A stretch of 64,000 nt of DNA from Vicugna vicugna (lineage: Eukaryota), in assembly GCA_013265495.1 (NCBI GenBank), contig MU058252.1:2266244-2330243 (forward strand). The letters run 5' to 3'. Below the pieces are notes generated by a model. That model saw only the letters and a list, made by a program, of their open reading frames with translations, searched no databases and was not told where the DNA came from. Shown here in pieces: positions 24,260 to 36,520 of this stretch (the first letter of the stretch is position 1; each line of letters begins with the position of its first letter). The position numbers and the translations under genes are program-made.

Positions 24260-27200
24260 TCTGCCTTTGCCTTTGATAAACAGGAGGCTCGTAAACATGG
24301 AGCAAAATTCATATTCAACCAACGTTCAGGGAGCACCCCCCCCACCGCCTGGATTCATAAGGCGCAGAGGGGACGCCCCTCCGGTTCCAAAGGGCAGCTC
24401 CGGAGCTCAGTGCTGCAGGGACACACACGTAAAGGCGTGCTGATAGCAAGGTTCTTCCCAGGTCTTCTTCTTTTTTTTTCACTTGTTAATGCACATTTGA
24501 GGTTTTGGTTTTTGTTTTTTCAGTTCTGTGCTATGACAGACAAAGCTGCTGGGAGCGTCTGTGTGCTGGAGAGGACGTGGCGGGCGTCCCCCTGGAGAAC
24601 GCAGATGACGGGGGAGGTGGGCGCGTACTGGTCCTGCGCTCTTCCCAGGTGCTCTGAGCGCACAGTTCGATGAGTTCATCGGAGCTGGGATACACTGATG
24701 TCCACTTGCCATCCTTACTCTGATCCTGGTGCTCTGGACACGTGCCCAGCCCGCGGCTACACAGCCTGCCCTGCTCCGCCTGGGGGCTGGAGGATTTCAA
24801 GCCTGTCACCCCACAGCTCAGAGCAGCCCTGGTTGAGGGGGTTCCAAACTGGCTCTTCCGACACCAAATCAAGGTGTATCTTCTTCGGAGCCTCCTTGAG
24901 GCAGTGAGATGGCGTATTTGACAACACTTTGTGTATAAAGTGCTGGGTGACGTAAGAGTTTCGGTATTATTATTTAACTTGGTGAAGCCCTGACTCCCCC
25001 TTCCCTCTACCCCTCCCTGTTTTGGACCCACACTGCTTCCCTGCGGCTTTATCAGCCCTGGAGAGAGACTAGCTCACAGAGCATATGTTCACGTCACATG
25101 TATAATGAGATAATGAGGCTTTCCAGAGTTGACATACATTGTCCTCCAAATACTCCAGTTGGAAGAATGTGTCGAAATCAACAAGAAGTCCAAATGCAGA
25201 ATCGGAGACAAGGACAAGGAAGAATCAGGTGGAAAACTTAGTGGTGCGTTTTGTAGCACATTAGCTGGAGGCAGCCCCAGTTCTCCCCAAAGTTAGGTCT
25301 ATACACGAATTTTGGTTTCCCTGTAATAACGACACACTGGAAGCTCTCAGGAGCCCTGTGTTGTAGGTAAAGCTGATGGGAAAGGCCTCTCTTGACATCT
25401 TCGTGTTGTAGATGAGAAAACTGATGCTTCGTGACTTCTCCCCGTGCAAAGAGCTCACTGAGGAAGAGCCAGGGGTCATGCTGTGTCTGTTGGGAGCACT
25501 TTGGGCTACGTAACTATTCCTAACTGAAAGGGGCTAAAACAGAGGTTCCTACCTGAGAGGATGCTCTGAGTTTAGTTACTGGCTCCGAGCTGTCGGGGTT
25601 CTGGGGTTGCATCAGAACAAGTGTTTGCCCCTTCTTCTTGTGGTCACAGAAAGGCTGCAGTGGCTCCGTGCTCTCGTGTCCTCGTGCAACTTTGCTCAGA
25701 GATAGAAGATCAGAGGGGAAACGCTGGGGAAGAGAGAAGAGGTCCCTCCTCTTACTACTGCCTTGTATCCGGGAGGAGAAACTCTTTCCAATGGCAGCCA
25801 GAAGTCTTTCTACATTTCTCTAGCCAAGCAGACATCTTTAACTTGAGGGCAGAAATTCTATATTGATGAGCAGAAATTAAGACGGAATAGGTGCATAATT
25901 TTTGGTAACCAAGGAGCAATCAGTCACATGGGTGATTTCTCGCCACTGAGGATAAAGAACGTGTGTGTTGGAAGATGCCTACAGAAAAATTTCACGTAAT
26001 TTCCTCTGGAAAACAAACCAAAAAAACCTTTGGCTTTCTCCGAAGCACTAATTCAATGCCTAATACCCAGCTTTTCCCAGTGTGAAGTGTAGTACAAATC
26101 TAGGGTTTTTAAGTCAGTGAACAATAGTGAACAGTATCTTTGTAGAAGTCTTCCATCATGTCCTGAGCAGTTAAATCTGACCAACACCGTACAGGGAGAT
26201 GATGAGAAGATGTGGTCCAGGAGCTAAAAGTCACAGAATCGGGGAGTACGTGAGGGTTTCTCCAACCTCCTTCCCAAAGAGGATTTTTGAAAAACCCAGA
26301 ATTGTTTTCATCTTGATGACAATGGTTTTCTTCTCAGAGATCACGGGCATCGAGGGGAGATGGAAGGGTCTGCGGATCACTTGCTTGCCGGGCACTTCCT
26401 GTAGCTTTGCGGGCTGGTCCAGGAAACCCCCCTTATCCCGCATGATCCAGAGTCGAGACCAAGGGCTGGGGGGCTTAACCGCTGAGATGGTCTGTGTCTG
26501 AGATGCCATCACTTCAAGGGGAAGTTTTCCATTGGGTGGATAAATCCAAGAGACAGCCGGCTTTGCCCAGGAACCAGTGGCAATCTTAGCTCAGGTCCTG
26601 AAGTTCAGGTTATTTGATTGGAAGACAGTGAAACACAGATGTTGCCAGTGGGTGTGACTTTAGACTAGTACCTATTCCAAGGTTTTCGTGACAGTCCCCG
26701 TCGTGGTGCAGGGATTCCACTGAGGGTCTGGGGTCCGCAGCAGCTTCTGTGAAGTCGTATGCTCTACCTTAGCACAGTCATGAATTTTGTATTCTAATCC
26801 ATGGTAGGTTTGGGTTTAATCATTGTAAATTATTTTTCTTTGAGTAAATTAGGTACTCAGGAAAGATATTTATCTAATGACTTTGAATATCTCAATTTGG
26901 AAACTCAGCATTCATTTCAATCACAGCCAGCCATTTACATCTCATTTGCAGCTGAGCTGAGGTTGTGTGCAATCCGGGAGCTCAGAGAGAAAGAAAGGAA
27001 GGGACCCCGAAACCCAGATGGAAACAGAGCCCTCTGCTGCTGCTGCTTTTATCATAGGTGCCTAGGAAATCCTTCCACGTCCTTTGAAAGTGTTAATTTA
27101 TCCATTCTTCCTCATGAAGACTGGAAAGGTCCCGGGTACATGATGTAATCTGGGGGTTGTTGGGTTGGAAAGAAAATAACAGTGGTGATTACAGGCCGTC

Positions 27201-28676
27201 AGAGATGAGGTGAGGGGACCCGTCAGGGGCTCCGAGCACGATCTGAGGAGCGAATGGGCCCCACCTCATCCTACTATAGCAGCGAGCCAATTTTGTTTTT
27301 GCTGTGAGTGAGGAAAAACTCTGTTCAAATTGCAGGCTTATGTGACTAATGGATTTCTTTACCCAATGGGCAATTTCTGTTTACCTGTCAAGCAAAATAT
27401 AAATATAAGCAATTGTTTGGAGAATTACTCTTTTGAGTTCCAGATTACAGCGATTGGAAATGCAGTTAGGAGGATACACAAACCTGTTTTTTCCCCTTTA
27501 TGAGAAGGAAATGGTTCAGAGACGGGTCCAGGGGAGCTGATGGAGTTACAGTGCACAGTGAATTGAATTACCCGCGTGAAGCAAATGAGAAGCTTCGTTT
27601 CCGTTTTATTGCCCCTAATATAATCTGTTTTCATTAACGAGAACCCTCTGCATCTCGTATCTGACATACCCATCCACGCATGGACCAGGGTTTTGTATTG
27701 ATGTCTGTTGTACTTGCTCAAGGCAGTGTGAAGGAACAGACTCAGGCTTGCAGTTCATTTTCTTTCTCAGGGCTATGTCTTGTACTTGACGGTCAGGATC
27801 TATTGTGTGTATACACTGGTAGTTGTCCGTAACTATTAACCCCGTGCATGTGGTTCAGAGAATGTGTTAAATTCAAGAAAACCACTGAGCCACTTAAAGT
27901 ATCAGCGGCCCATTTTTAAATTCACAGGTCTTTTCCCATGGAGGTCTGGAGGAGATCTGAAGTGATTGTGCCAAAAAAAAAAAAAAAAAGGATTTTATCT
28001 GAAACATTTTAAGGTGACTTAAAGAAGTAGATTCAGGAAAATTAAGTCCATAAAAGTTGGTTTTCAGCTCGAATATGTTTATTAACTTCATTGATTTTTA
28101 ATTCATGACAAGATTTTTTTATTGCATTAAAAAAGCAATGAGTCTAAACCAGAGGCACTGGGGGTTTTAAAGAAATCAATTTCTGAAAGTAAGATTTATT
28201 TTTCTTGCAGTTCTCCAGGGCTCATCTGCCAAGTTGCATCTGTTCTGGCAAGATGGGAGAGGCCCTCTGCTAAGGTGCAAAATCAAAGATTTTCTGAGAT
28301 AAGCCCCAGCAGGAGTGGTCCCTTAGCTTTGACAGTATCTTTGATGTCTGCTTTGTTAATTCCTTGTGGCCACTACCCTCCTGCTGAGATGAGCCTTAAA
28401 CATTTCAGTTTAAGGGTGAAACAGCATTCTGAAAGTGCCCCCCAAAAGACCACCTGGCCTCCATTCTATTTTGACTTTGAGTTAACTGCTAAGGTAACCC
28501 CCATTTAAATGAGGCAGACTGGCCTTTGCACATTCTGGAAAAATCCCTACCCTCTGGACAGTCCTTGTTAACTATGCTAAACAGGTAAGCCGTTTCCCGG
28601 GAATGCGCTAACGTTCTGGGAGTCTTCCAGCTGCCTTGGTGCCATTCAGAAGTACGCTCTAGTGGTTATTCTGGTG

Positions 28677-28844
28677 CAGCATTTGCTCCTTAAACTTGAG
28701 TGTCCATCAGACTCACCGGATGCTGGGCCCGTCCCCGAGTTTCTGACTCAGTAGGTTTGGGTTGGGGCCCAGAATCTTCATTCTAACAAATTCCTAGGTG
28801 ACCCTTACGCTCCTGGTCCAGAGACAACCCTTGGAGAGCCACTG
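28677..28844. mobile_element. MER5-type hAT-Charlie MITE
   Basis: 'gatgctgggcccc...gagtttctgactcagtaggtttggg...ttctaacaaattcctaggtga...gagagccactg' matches the recalled MER5 pattern with CAG...CTG ends. Confidence 0.75.
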
Positions 28845-29833
28845 TGCTTTCGGGTTGAAAAGGCTGTTTTGTGCTCCTGTAATAAACAACCAGGACGTTA
28901 TTCTGAACGTGTCTGTGATCTAGTGGTTTCTAACGGTCCCTTTCTAATAGAACTAGCAGGGCTGGCTGGGATGTACCCAATGAGTAAGAAATTGAGAAAA
29001 CCACATCTATTCCTAAAAGGAAGGCCTTATCAGTTTATAGCACCAGTCCTGAGCCACTGAGAGGAGGCTTGACTGCAGTCTGTATGGAAGCAAGGACTGT
29101 GCTCATTTCAGTTACCTGTCTCGTCCCTCGAACGCAGCTAGAACAGAACAATGACTGGCACAGTATTTACTGAATAAACAAGCGAAATGCTTCAGTTTGA
29201 TTTCGTGTGTAGATTTCATGCATACAATTAGATTTATTGTCTAAAAATCTGTTTTCCTAGATTCTAGGCATATATTTGATTTTAGTTTTAGCGAGCTAGA
29301 TCCTGATTCATAGTATGACGCAAGTGTGCTGTGTAACGAATCGTCCCAAGTGCAATGGCTTTAACTCAGGATTCACGTTGCTACTGGTCTAATGTGACAC
29401 AGCTGGTCTGCATGGGCTCAGTTGGGTGCTTGTGCTTTGTGTCCCCTGATCTCTGGGTTAAATCCAAGTTATGGGTTGGGTTCAGGTGTCCCCGAGTGTG
29501 TTCTCATACGAGAGCCGTGTTCCGAGGCCATGCTCACACAGGATGTGTTGCCTGAGTGCAGGAGGCCTGCCAGGCTCTGCTGGTACCTGGAGGGCCTCTG
29601 CCTGCGTCACGTCCGTTCACACTCCGTTGGTCAGAGTGAGCCGTTTGGTCCTGCTGGAAGTTGAGCTAAAAGGCCAATGGGCGAGTGCAGATTGGCTGAA
29701 CAACACTCCAGCCCATCACAGTTTTGAATATGGAAATAATGACTCACCTCAAAGGTGAACTAGAAGCCCCTGGTGTGGACTGCGTTGTGCTCTTGGAAGA
29801 GGAGGCAGGGACCCAGACTGCCCCTCCCCCAGG

Positions 29834-29911
29834 GAGGGTGGCTTGTCCCTGTGGTACTCGTGCCATTGAGGGTGGCTTGTCCCTGTGGTACTCGTGCCAT
29901 TGAGGGTGGCT
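29834..29911. repeat. Perfect 34-bp tandem duplication (two units plus 10 nt)
   Basis: Unit gagggtggcttgtccctgtggtactcgtgccatt at 29834-29867 and 29868-29901, then gagggtggct. Confidence 0.95.
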
Positions 29912-32900
29912 GTTTGCTTTTCTTCTCGCTCGGGCCTTGGCTGTTTGCTGTTTTTTACTGGCGCTATTTCAGACAGTGCCTTAACTCGAAGGAATGGTCT
30001 TGGTTCTGGCAACGGTTGACACTGGGTGAGATAGGGTGGGAAATGGCATTTTAAGAGACTTTTCCAAATTCCACCCAGGAGCAGTCCAGGAAGCAGGTGG
30101 CCCTTCTCCCTGCCTGGCCTGCCTCAGGGTGGCGTCTGGCCCTGCCTGTCTAAGGCATCTTGTCCTCAGCTGGATTCAGCAATGCACCCTGCACGGGCAT
30201 CCCGGCACGGGACTCGCGGTGCCTGGCCCCGGGGGCCAGTTCGCTGGGCTTAGCTCATCTCCGTGTGCTATTTCTGGCTGCTGATGAAATCAGCCTCGCA
30301 CCTGGCCTTCCCTGAATGTCAGTCCTGCCGGACATCACGCCCTCCGCCCTTCTGTACGACTGGACTGGTTTCTAGTGGAGCTGGGTTCTTCACTTTCTGT
30401 GGCGATTTCCCTTGGCCTGCAGTGGAGCAGAATTTACATGGAGGAGCCAATGAACCAGCGCTAGCTCTGTTTCCTACTGTCTAAAGAAGACCCTGCATTC
30501 GAGTGACCCCGATTCTGTCTGTCCTGTTCTGTTTCATTGCTCCTTTCCAGTGAACGCCTAGGAACCCCTCTGGGTGACGTGATTGAAAAAAAAACCCAGT
30601 CTGAGGCCTCCGCCGTGGAGCCTGCTTCCCGTTAAGTGTCACAGCCAGCCAGACTCGGCCCTTCAAATGCCCACCGTCCGTCACAGGAGAGAGCGGATAA
30701 GAGCTTTCTCTTCTTCCAGAACGCAGCCACCGCCTCTGCTGGTTAGAAAAGTGAAGCACGGAATTGCAGAGGCTCATTAATGTCACGGCAACATTAAAGG
30801 GAAGCAGATTCAACTTAATTCACTGGACTCGGGAAGCACGTGGTTTGAAAGGCAAGGAGCTCTGGGGGCCTTTCGGAGCGGAAGTCGCTCCCCTTTTAAT
30901 CTAATAATGCGTGATGTATGAATTAAGACATCTTGGGCGACAACTTGGTTGTGCTCAAACGATCACCAGGGACAGACAGAAACAACAGACTCTCTTCTGT
31001 ATCTCACGCTCTAGAAATCTTAGGAGCCTTGGAAAGCACTGTGGAAGCTGTCACTGAATAATCGGAACACGTGAAAAGACAGAGGTCGATGCCTCCTCTA
31101 GGAGGTAAAGTGACTATTTAGATAATTTCTGAGGCCATGATGGTAGTGAAAGGCGAGGCTTTGTAAGTATTCAGAGAGCAGCAAGACATTTTTAGAGGAA
31201 AAAATTAGGTAATTGACTGCTATTGCTCCAGAGCAAGGGGGAATGGAAGACAAGAAAGAGGAAGGAGAGGAAGGAGGGTGCCAAGTGGGAGCAGAGAGGA
31301 AGCAAGTCATGGTCCAGTGTCCACGGGCAGAGGTCACGTGTGTTCGGGGCCCCTCGGGGAAGGAAGGGTGGGTTACCGCCACCCACCGGGCTGAGAACAA
31401 GAGTATGTGCCCTGTGCTTGATTGAATCCATGGTTGCTTTACTCACTCGGCCATCAGCTTTACCACGTGCGTTGATAACCACGTCTGCGCGCACAGGTGC
31501 TGCTGGGACAGGCAGTTGTACGCATGTTTCAAACTGTGTGTGAGAGCCAGGCAGAGGCACGGTGTCGCGACTAACAGGCAGGGAAGTGCTGGGGAATAAA
31601 CATTGAACTGTCTTAATTCTAGCAGAAGCCTTTTTGCTGGGTTAAAATCAGTGTTCTTCTTTAAAACATGTTGATCTTTCAAGTATGAATTTGAAAAGCT
31701 CAAAGTTAACTTAGTTGCTACTTTCACCTTGTGTTAAAGCCAGGATTTAGCAATTCCTTTTTCTTGTGCTGGATGTTTCCTATTTGTAAAGGTTTTAAAG
31801 ATGTCATACCAGCCAGACCCACATTGGTAGTCATCTTGCAAAAAAACATTCTAAAGAAAGAGAGGAGAGGAGTTGGTGCCTACTATTTATGTACTTACAC
31901 TGTATTCTCTCAAGCTACTGAAATACCTGTTTATTTCTCCCCATTTATACGAGTACTGTGTAATGATTTTTTAAAACACTGATGCCCAGTTTTTTAGGGA
32001 AGTCTTCTGTCAAAGTATGCCCTTTCATTGCTCCAAATATCAGTGTTGGAAAAGAATAAAAGTCTTAAACAGGGATCTGCCCTCTTCCTTCTCCTCAAAG
32101 AGAAAGGGGAAGAGAACTACAGGATATAATTCTCTCCTAGAAATAAGAAAACCTCTTAAGGTAATAAAAAATCATGCTTAGGCTGCTGATCTCAGTATAG
32201 TTTCGGGATTTTTACAATGCTTAGCTTGTATGTAGACCAAAAAGTTCCCTTACTGTCATTAAAAAATGACTATCCACTATATTTTGCAACAGCCGCCTAA
32301 TTCCAATGACTTATCATATTTATTTTGCAAATTGGTACCAGGAAGAATGAACACACACTCACTTTTATGTAATAAAGAAGGAAGAAATAATCACATGAAA
32401 CTAGACAGAAAAATGGGTCTGTGAACAGGATTTTAAGCAATATTGAGGAATTAAAATCTTGACATGAAAAAATTCACTAAGTATTTTCAAAAGTGGTTTC
32501 CCAGGCTTAGCCGATAAGCAGGATTGGAAACCTACTTCAGCAGAGCGCATCTGAGGTGTTCGGGTATTCAGGGCTGAGTGGAGGCAGTGACTGACAAGCT
32601 TCCTGTGGAAACGCTCCACCTCAATTTTCATGCCCACTGGGAGGTTCTGCTATTCTTCATAATCTTTCTCCTTGTTTAGAGGATAGAGTTGGGAAAGGAT
32701 TACTGAAGGCAATAAGTGAATTAATTATGCACCACAAAGTGCCACAGCTTCCTGGTCTCTGCGATTGCATCACTTCATTCGTCGTAAAATATTAGCAGTT
32801 TCCTCTTTGCATGTGGGACTTCCGAGTCCTGACAATATATCCTAAGAGACACTGCAATATATGTATCAGTGTTCAAGGCAAATTTGGATGCGTGAGTGCA

Positions 32901-35129
32901 CATATGCTCACAAACATGCACGCACAGACTCAACGCTCCAAGTCTAGATCATTCTTTAAAATGAGTTGTGTTCCATGTGCAAGGGGAGAAAAGCAGCCAA
33001 ATCCTTCTTAAGTTAGTTGATGAGCCCTGGGTCTAGGTGGCACCTGAGAAACTGCACCATGTGCAGGTCATGCGTTTACTAGTGTTCTGCCTCCTTCCGC
33101 CAACACTGGCCCCTGCGGGGCTCCTGACCACTCCCCCCACACATTTATATACTGTTTACTTTTCAGACATGCCTCTCTTAACAGTTTTGTGCCTCAGCTC
33201 TGCCCCCAATTGTTTATGAGCTTCATAGCTTTTTTCATTTTACAGATAATTTTAAATCAAACCTGCTTATCCTATTGTCTGAATCAGTTAGGATTTTTAA
33301 CTTTGACCAAATTGTAATTTGAAGCCCTACCAGCTCACTTGGGGGTATGATTTTAAAAGTGAGGGACCTGTGTGCCTTCCTCATCTCCCTGTCAATCTCT
33401 TCTTGTTGACTGGCACCCGTCTATGAAGTATGGTGTATGGGATCTAAACTGTGTCCATGTAAGTACTGTATTTGGTATGTATTGTTTTAGGACAGGAAAT
33501 ATTTGTCATGCTTCTTGTTACGATTTCAAGTTTCATATATATGTGTGTATGTATATTACATAAGTAAGACCCTCACAGCGTCTGTATTTAGTGAAATGTC
33601 AGCTCCATATGCTGCAGGGAGCAGTGGGGAGCGTTCCTTTTAAGTCGGTTTGGAAAGGCAGCTTCAAGGATCTAAAGCACAGCTGGGCGGGGGAGGGGGA
33701 TGAGAGCAAGGTTTCCTAGTTATCTAAATGTAATGACTTTTAAAGTTTAGCTTTATGGCTCTGGTAATTGTTGCCTCTGTCTTCAAAGTCAAGTGGGGCA
33801 GAAATACTCCGGCACCCCCAGATCTGTGGGCAGGACATCTGCCCCTGCAACATCCTTTTGGTGGTACAGGGAGCCTCCCAGCTACCTGGGATACTGGTTT
33901 TACTTGCTTTTGTAGTTTCTGTAAAGAGAATGTGTTTTCCAACTACCTTAAGATTGCACTTTTCTTTTTAGTGGAGGGAAACCACAGTGGATGCATGTGT
34001 TACAAATTTTAATTAAAATAAGACTACCTGCTAGGTTGAGAGCTTGAGAAGAAGGGAAGAAGGATGGGAAGGGGCCCTCTCCCAGGAGACTCAGTCACCT
34101 GCATTCGGCTCCCCCACCCACCCACCCAAGTTAAAGACACAGAGGGAGGAGGCAATTTCAGGACCAGGAACCAGGGTCTGTCTTTCCCTCTGGGATTTCT
34201 GGACTTGAGCCGCGGTGCCAGGAGATGGCCTTGGACACAGATCCGACAAAGGCTGGCGAGCCTGCAGGAGGGCCTGCTGAGTGGCCGAGGCCTCACCTGT
34301 TTTTCTGAAAACCTAAGTGGAGATGTTCATGGAAACCATAGGGGAGCAGGCAGCACCGCCGGAAGGTGAAGGTGAAGCTGCCGCTGCCCTCTTGGACCTG
34401 GAATGGAAGGAGCAGCAAAGTGTCTGCGCAGGTGCGAGCTCTCCACCCGCCCCCTCCCTCCGGAGCCTGGGGTCCTGGTGCGCTCAAGGTGGGACAGATC
34501 ATCCTAGCTGGAAGGGCCGCAAACAAGAGGAAGAGGGTTGCTCAAGGAGGGCTGTTCCAGGCCTGAAGGAAGAGCGTCTAGACCCTCCAGGAAGACGATG
34601 GAGCGGATTCCAGCAGGAGAGAGAGGATCCCGGAGGCCAGGAAGGAGGAATCCACCCCGGGAAAGGGAGGGGGAGAAACCAGACAGCCTGCGATCTGGAG
34701 TCGGAGCCCAGCACCGAAGCACAGTTTGTGTCTTTCCACACAGGGGCGCTGGAGCACGTTTTAATGCAGCAAGAGTTACTGCGCACCCTGACCCTGGCAC
34801 CCTCTTTGGGGTCGTTTTTCCCCTCCCACTTCCTCTCAGTGGGGGGTTGGGGGGCGCCGCAAGCTTTGGAAAAGTTACCGGCATCACAGATGCTTCAGCC
34901 TCCGCTTGTGTTTATTGAAATCGAAAATGGAGTTCGCGAAACGCACAAATAAGTGGGGTGTGCGGGGAGGAACGTTTAACCGAGTTGCTCTGAAGGCTTC
35001 CAGCGGGCACCCCTCGCTTGCCTCCCGTGACCTTTTCCTTTCCTTTCTTTTCTGAAACCCGATGAAGGAAAAGGGATCTGGATTTGAAGAGCTTGGCTTG
35101 GTTAGGAAAGTGACTCGAGACAGCGTCTC

Positions 35130-36520
35130 CTCCCAGCCCCGCAGTTCGCTCTTCCACACACCCGCATTCGCACCCCCAGGCCCGGGGGTCTCTGCTGGTG
35201 TTGTTTCAAGTTAGGCAAGAAGAGCTGGGAGGAAAACACGAGGGGGAGCGCCTTGTTGGGCGCCGGGGCTGCAGCTGCGAGCGATGCGAGCGCGTGGACG
35301 CGGAGCGCAGCCCCGCGCCGAGCCGAGGACGGGCGTCTCGGGGTGCCGCCCCCTCCCTCCGTGCCCCCGACGCCCCCTCCCCAGCGCCCGCCTCTTCTCC
35401 CGCGCGCTCTCCCTGCGAACCTCCCGGGGGCGCGGAGCCCCAGAGCCCCCCGCGCGACCCCGCCTCTCGCCCCCGCACCCATGACCTACGCGCCCCCTGC
35501 CGCCTCCTGGCTGCCAGCCCCCGGCCACCCGGCGCCATCAACGGCGGGTGGAGGGCCGCGTGGGGAGGGCGAGGGGAGGAGGAGCCGCGCGGGGGGCCTG
35601 GGGCGGGGGAGCGCGGAGATTCGCTCTGGATGCTCGCCCGTCTCTAGGTGGTGCCAAATTCCGGGGCCTAGGCATTTTCCCTCCCTTTATGTGTTTTTTT
35701 TTTCTTCTTCTTCTTCAATGGCTTTGATTAGGCCGTACGTGGCCGTGGCAAGGAGTTAAAAAAAAACAGAAAAGAGAAAGAGAACACACCCCCAGACCCC
35801 CGCTTCGCCGAGCCGCCGGGGGAGGGAGCGGAGGAGGCTCAGCCAGGCAGTCGCCCAGCGGCGACTTGAGAGTGGAGCGCGGGAGGAGCGGCCGCGCTGC
35901 CGCCGTCCTTTCTTCTTCTCCTTCTTCTTCCCCTTTTCCCCCTGGAGGGGGTGGGGAGCGGGAGCCCGAGAGGGAGAAAGCCGAGATAAAAACACCCCGA
36001 AGACAGCCAGCCAGGGCGCGCAGAGACCGATGGCTTCGCTGTACCAGAGGTTCACGGGCAAGATCAACACCTCGCGGTCCTTCCCGGCGCCCCCGGAGGC
36101 GAGCCACCTCCTGGGCGGCCAGGGGCCGGAGGAAGACGGCACGGGGCCCAAGCCCCTCGGAGCCCAGGCGCCGGCGGCGGCGCCCCGGGAGCGCGGCGGC
36201 GGCGGCGCGGGCGGCCGGCCCCGGTTCCAGTACCAGGCGCGGAGCGACTGTGACGACGAGGACGTAAGAGCATTTTGGTGGGTGGGGGGCGGCGCGGGGC
36301 TCGGGCCGAGAGCAGGGGACACGCGTCCACGCCGCGTCTGCGATGGTCTTGGGGCGCCCTCATCCCTCCCCTCCCCCACCTCTCCCGGGAGCGCCCGCAA
36401 ATACACTCCTTGCGCGGATCTCGGTCACCGTCGTCCTGGAGCCGGTCCCTGTCTGCAGCGGCGGCCAGGAGTTGGTGGCTTTGAGGGAACAGCGGTGGCC
36501 GAGCTGCGCTGCTGGGATGT
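35130..36520 (+). promoter_or_regulatory. DPP6: CpG-island promoter and 5' leader of the DPP6 long isoform
   Basis: Very CpG-dense stretch surrounding the ATG exon, GC box GGGGCGGGG at 35600-35608, no obvious TATA. TSS cannot be placed from sequence alone. Confidence 0.85.
36030..36263 (+). CDS. DPP6: First coding exon of dipeptidyl peptidase-like protein 6, long isoform (Kv4 channel auxiliary subunit; cytoplasmic N-terminus, 78 codons, phase-0 intron follows)
   Basis: Translation MASLYQRFTGKINTSRSFPAPPEASHLLGGQGPEED...GGRPRFQYQARSDCDDED matches the DPP6-L N-terminus as I recall it. Similarity ends exactly at donor GAC|GTAAGA (36264). The next exon (ELVGSNPPQRNWKG...) was not seen in the window. 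Confidence 0.97.

Noticed and set aside
23643..24305. 220-aa hydrophobic ORF resembling a membrane protein
   Set aside because: The hydrophobic segment is the translation of the (AAAAT)n repeat.
29834..29911. CRISPR-like repeat
   Set aside because: Units are directly adjacent with no spacers, and the context is mammalian.
34317..34952. 211-aa ORF upstream of the DPP6 promoter
   Set aside because: No recognisable homology or splice structure; expected by chance at this GC content.
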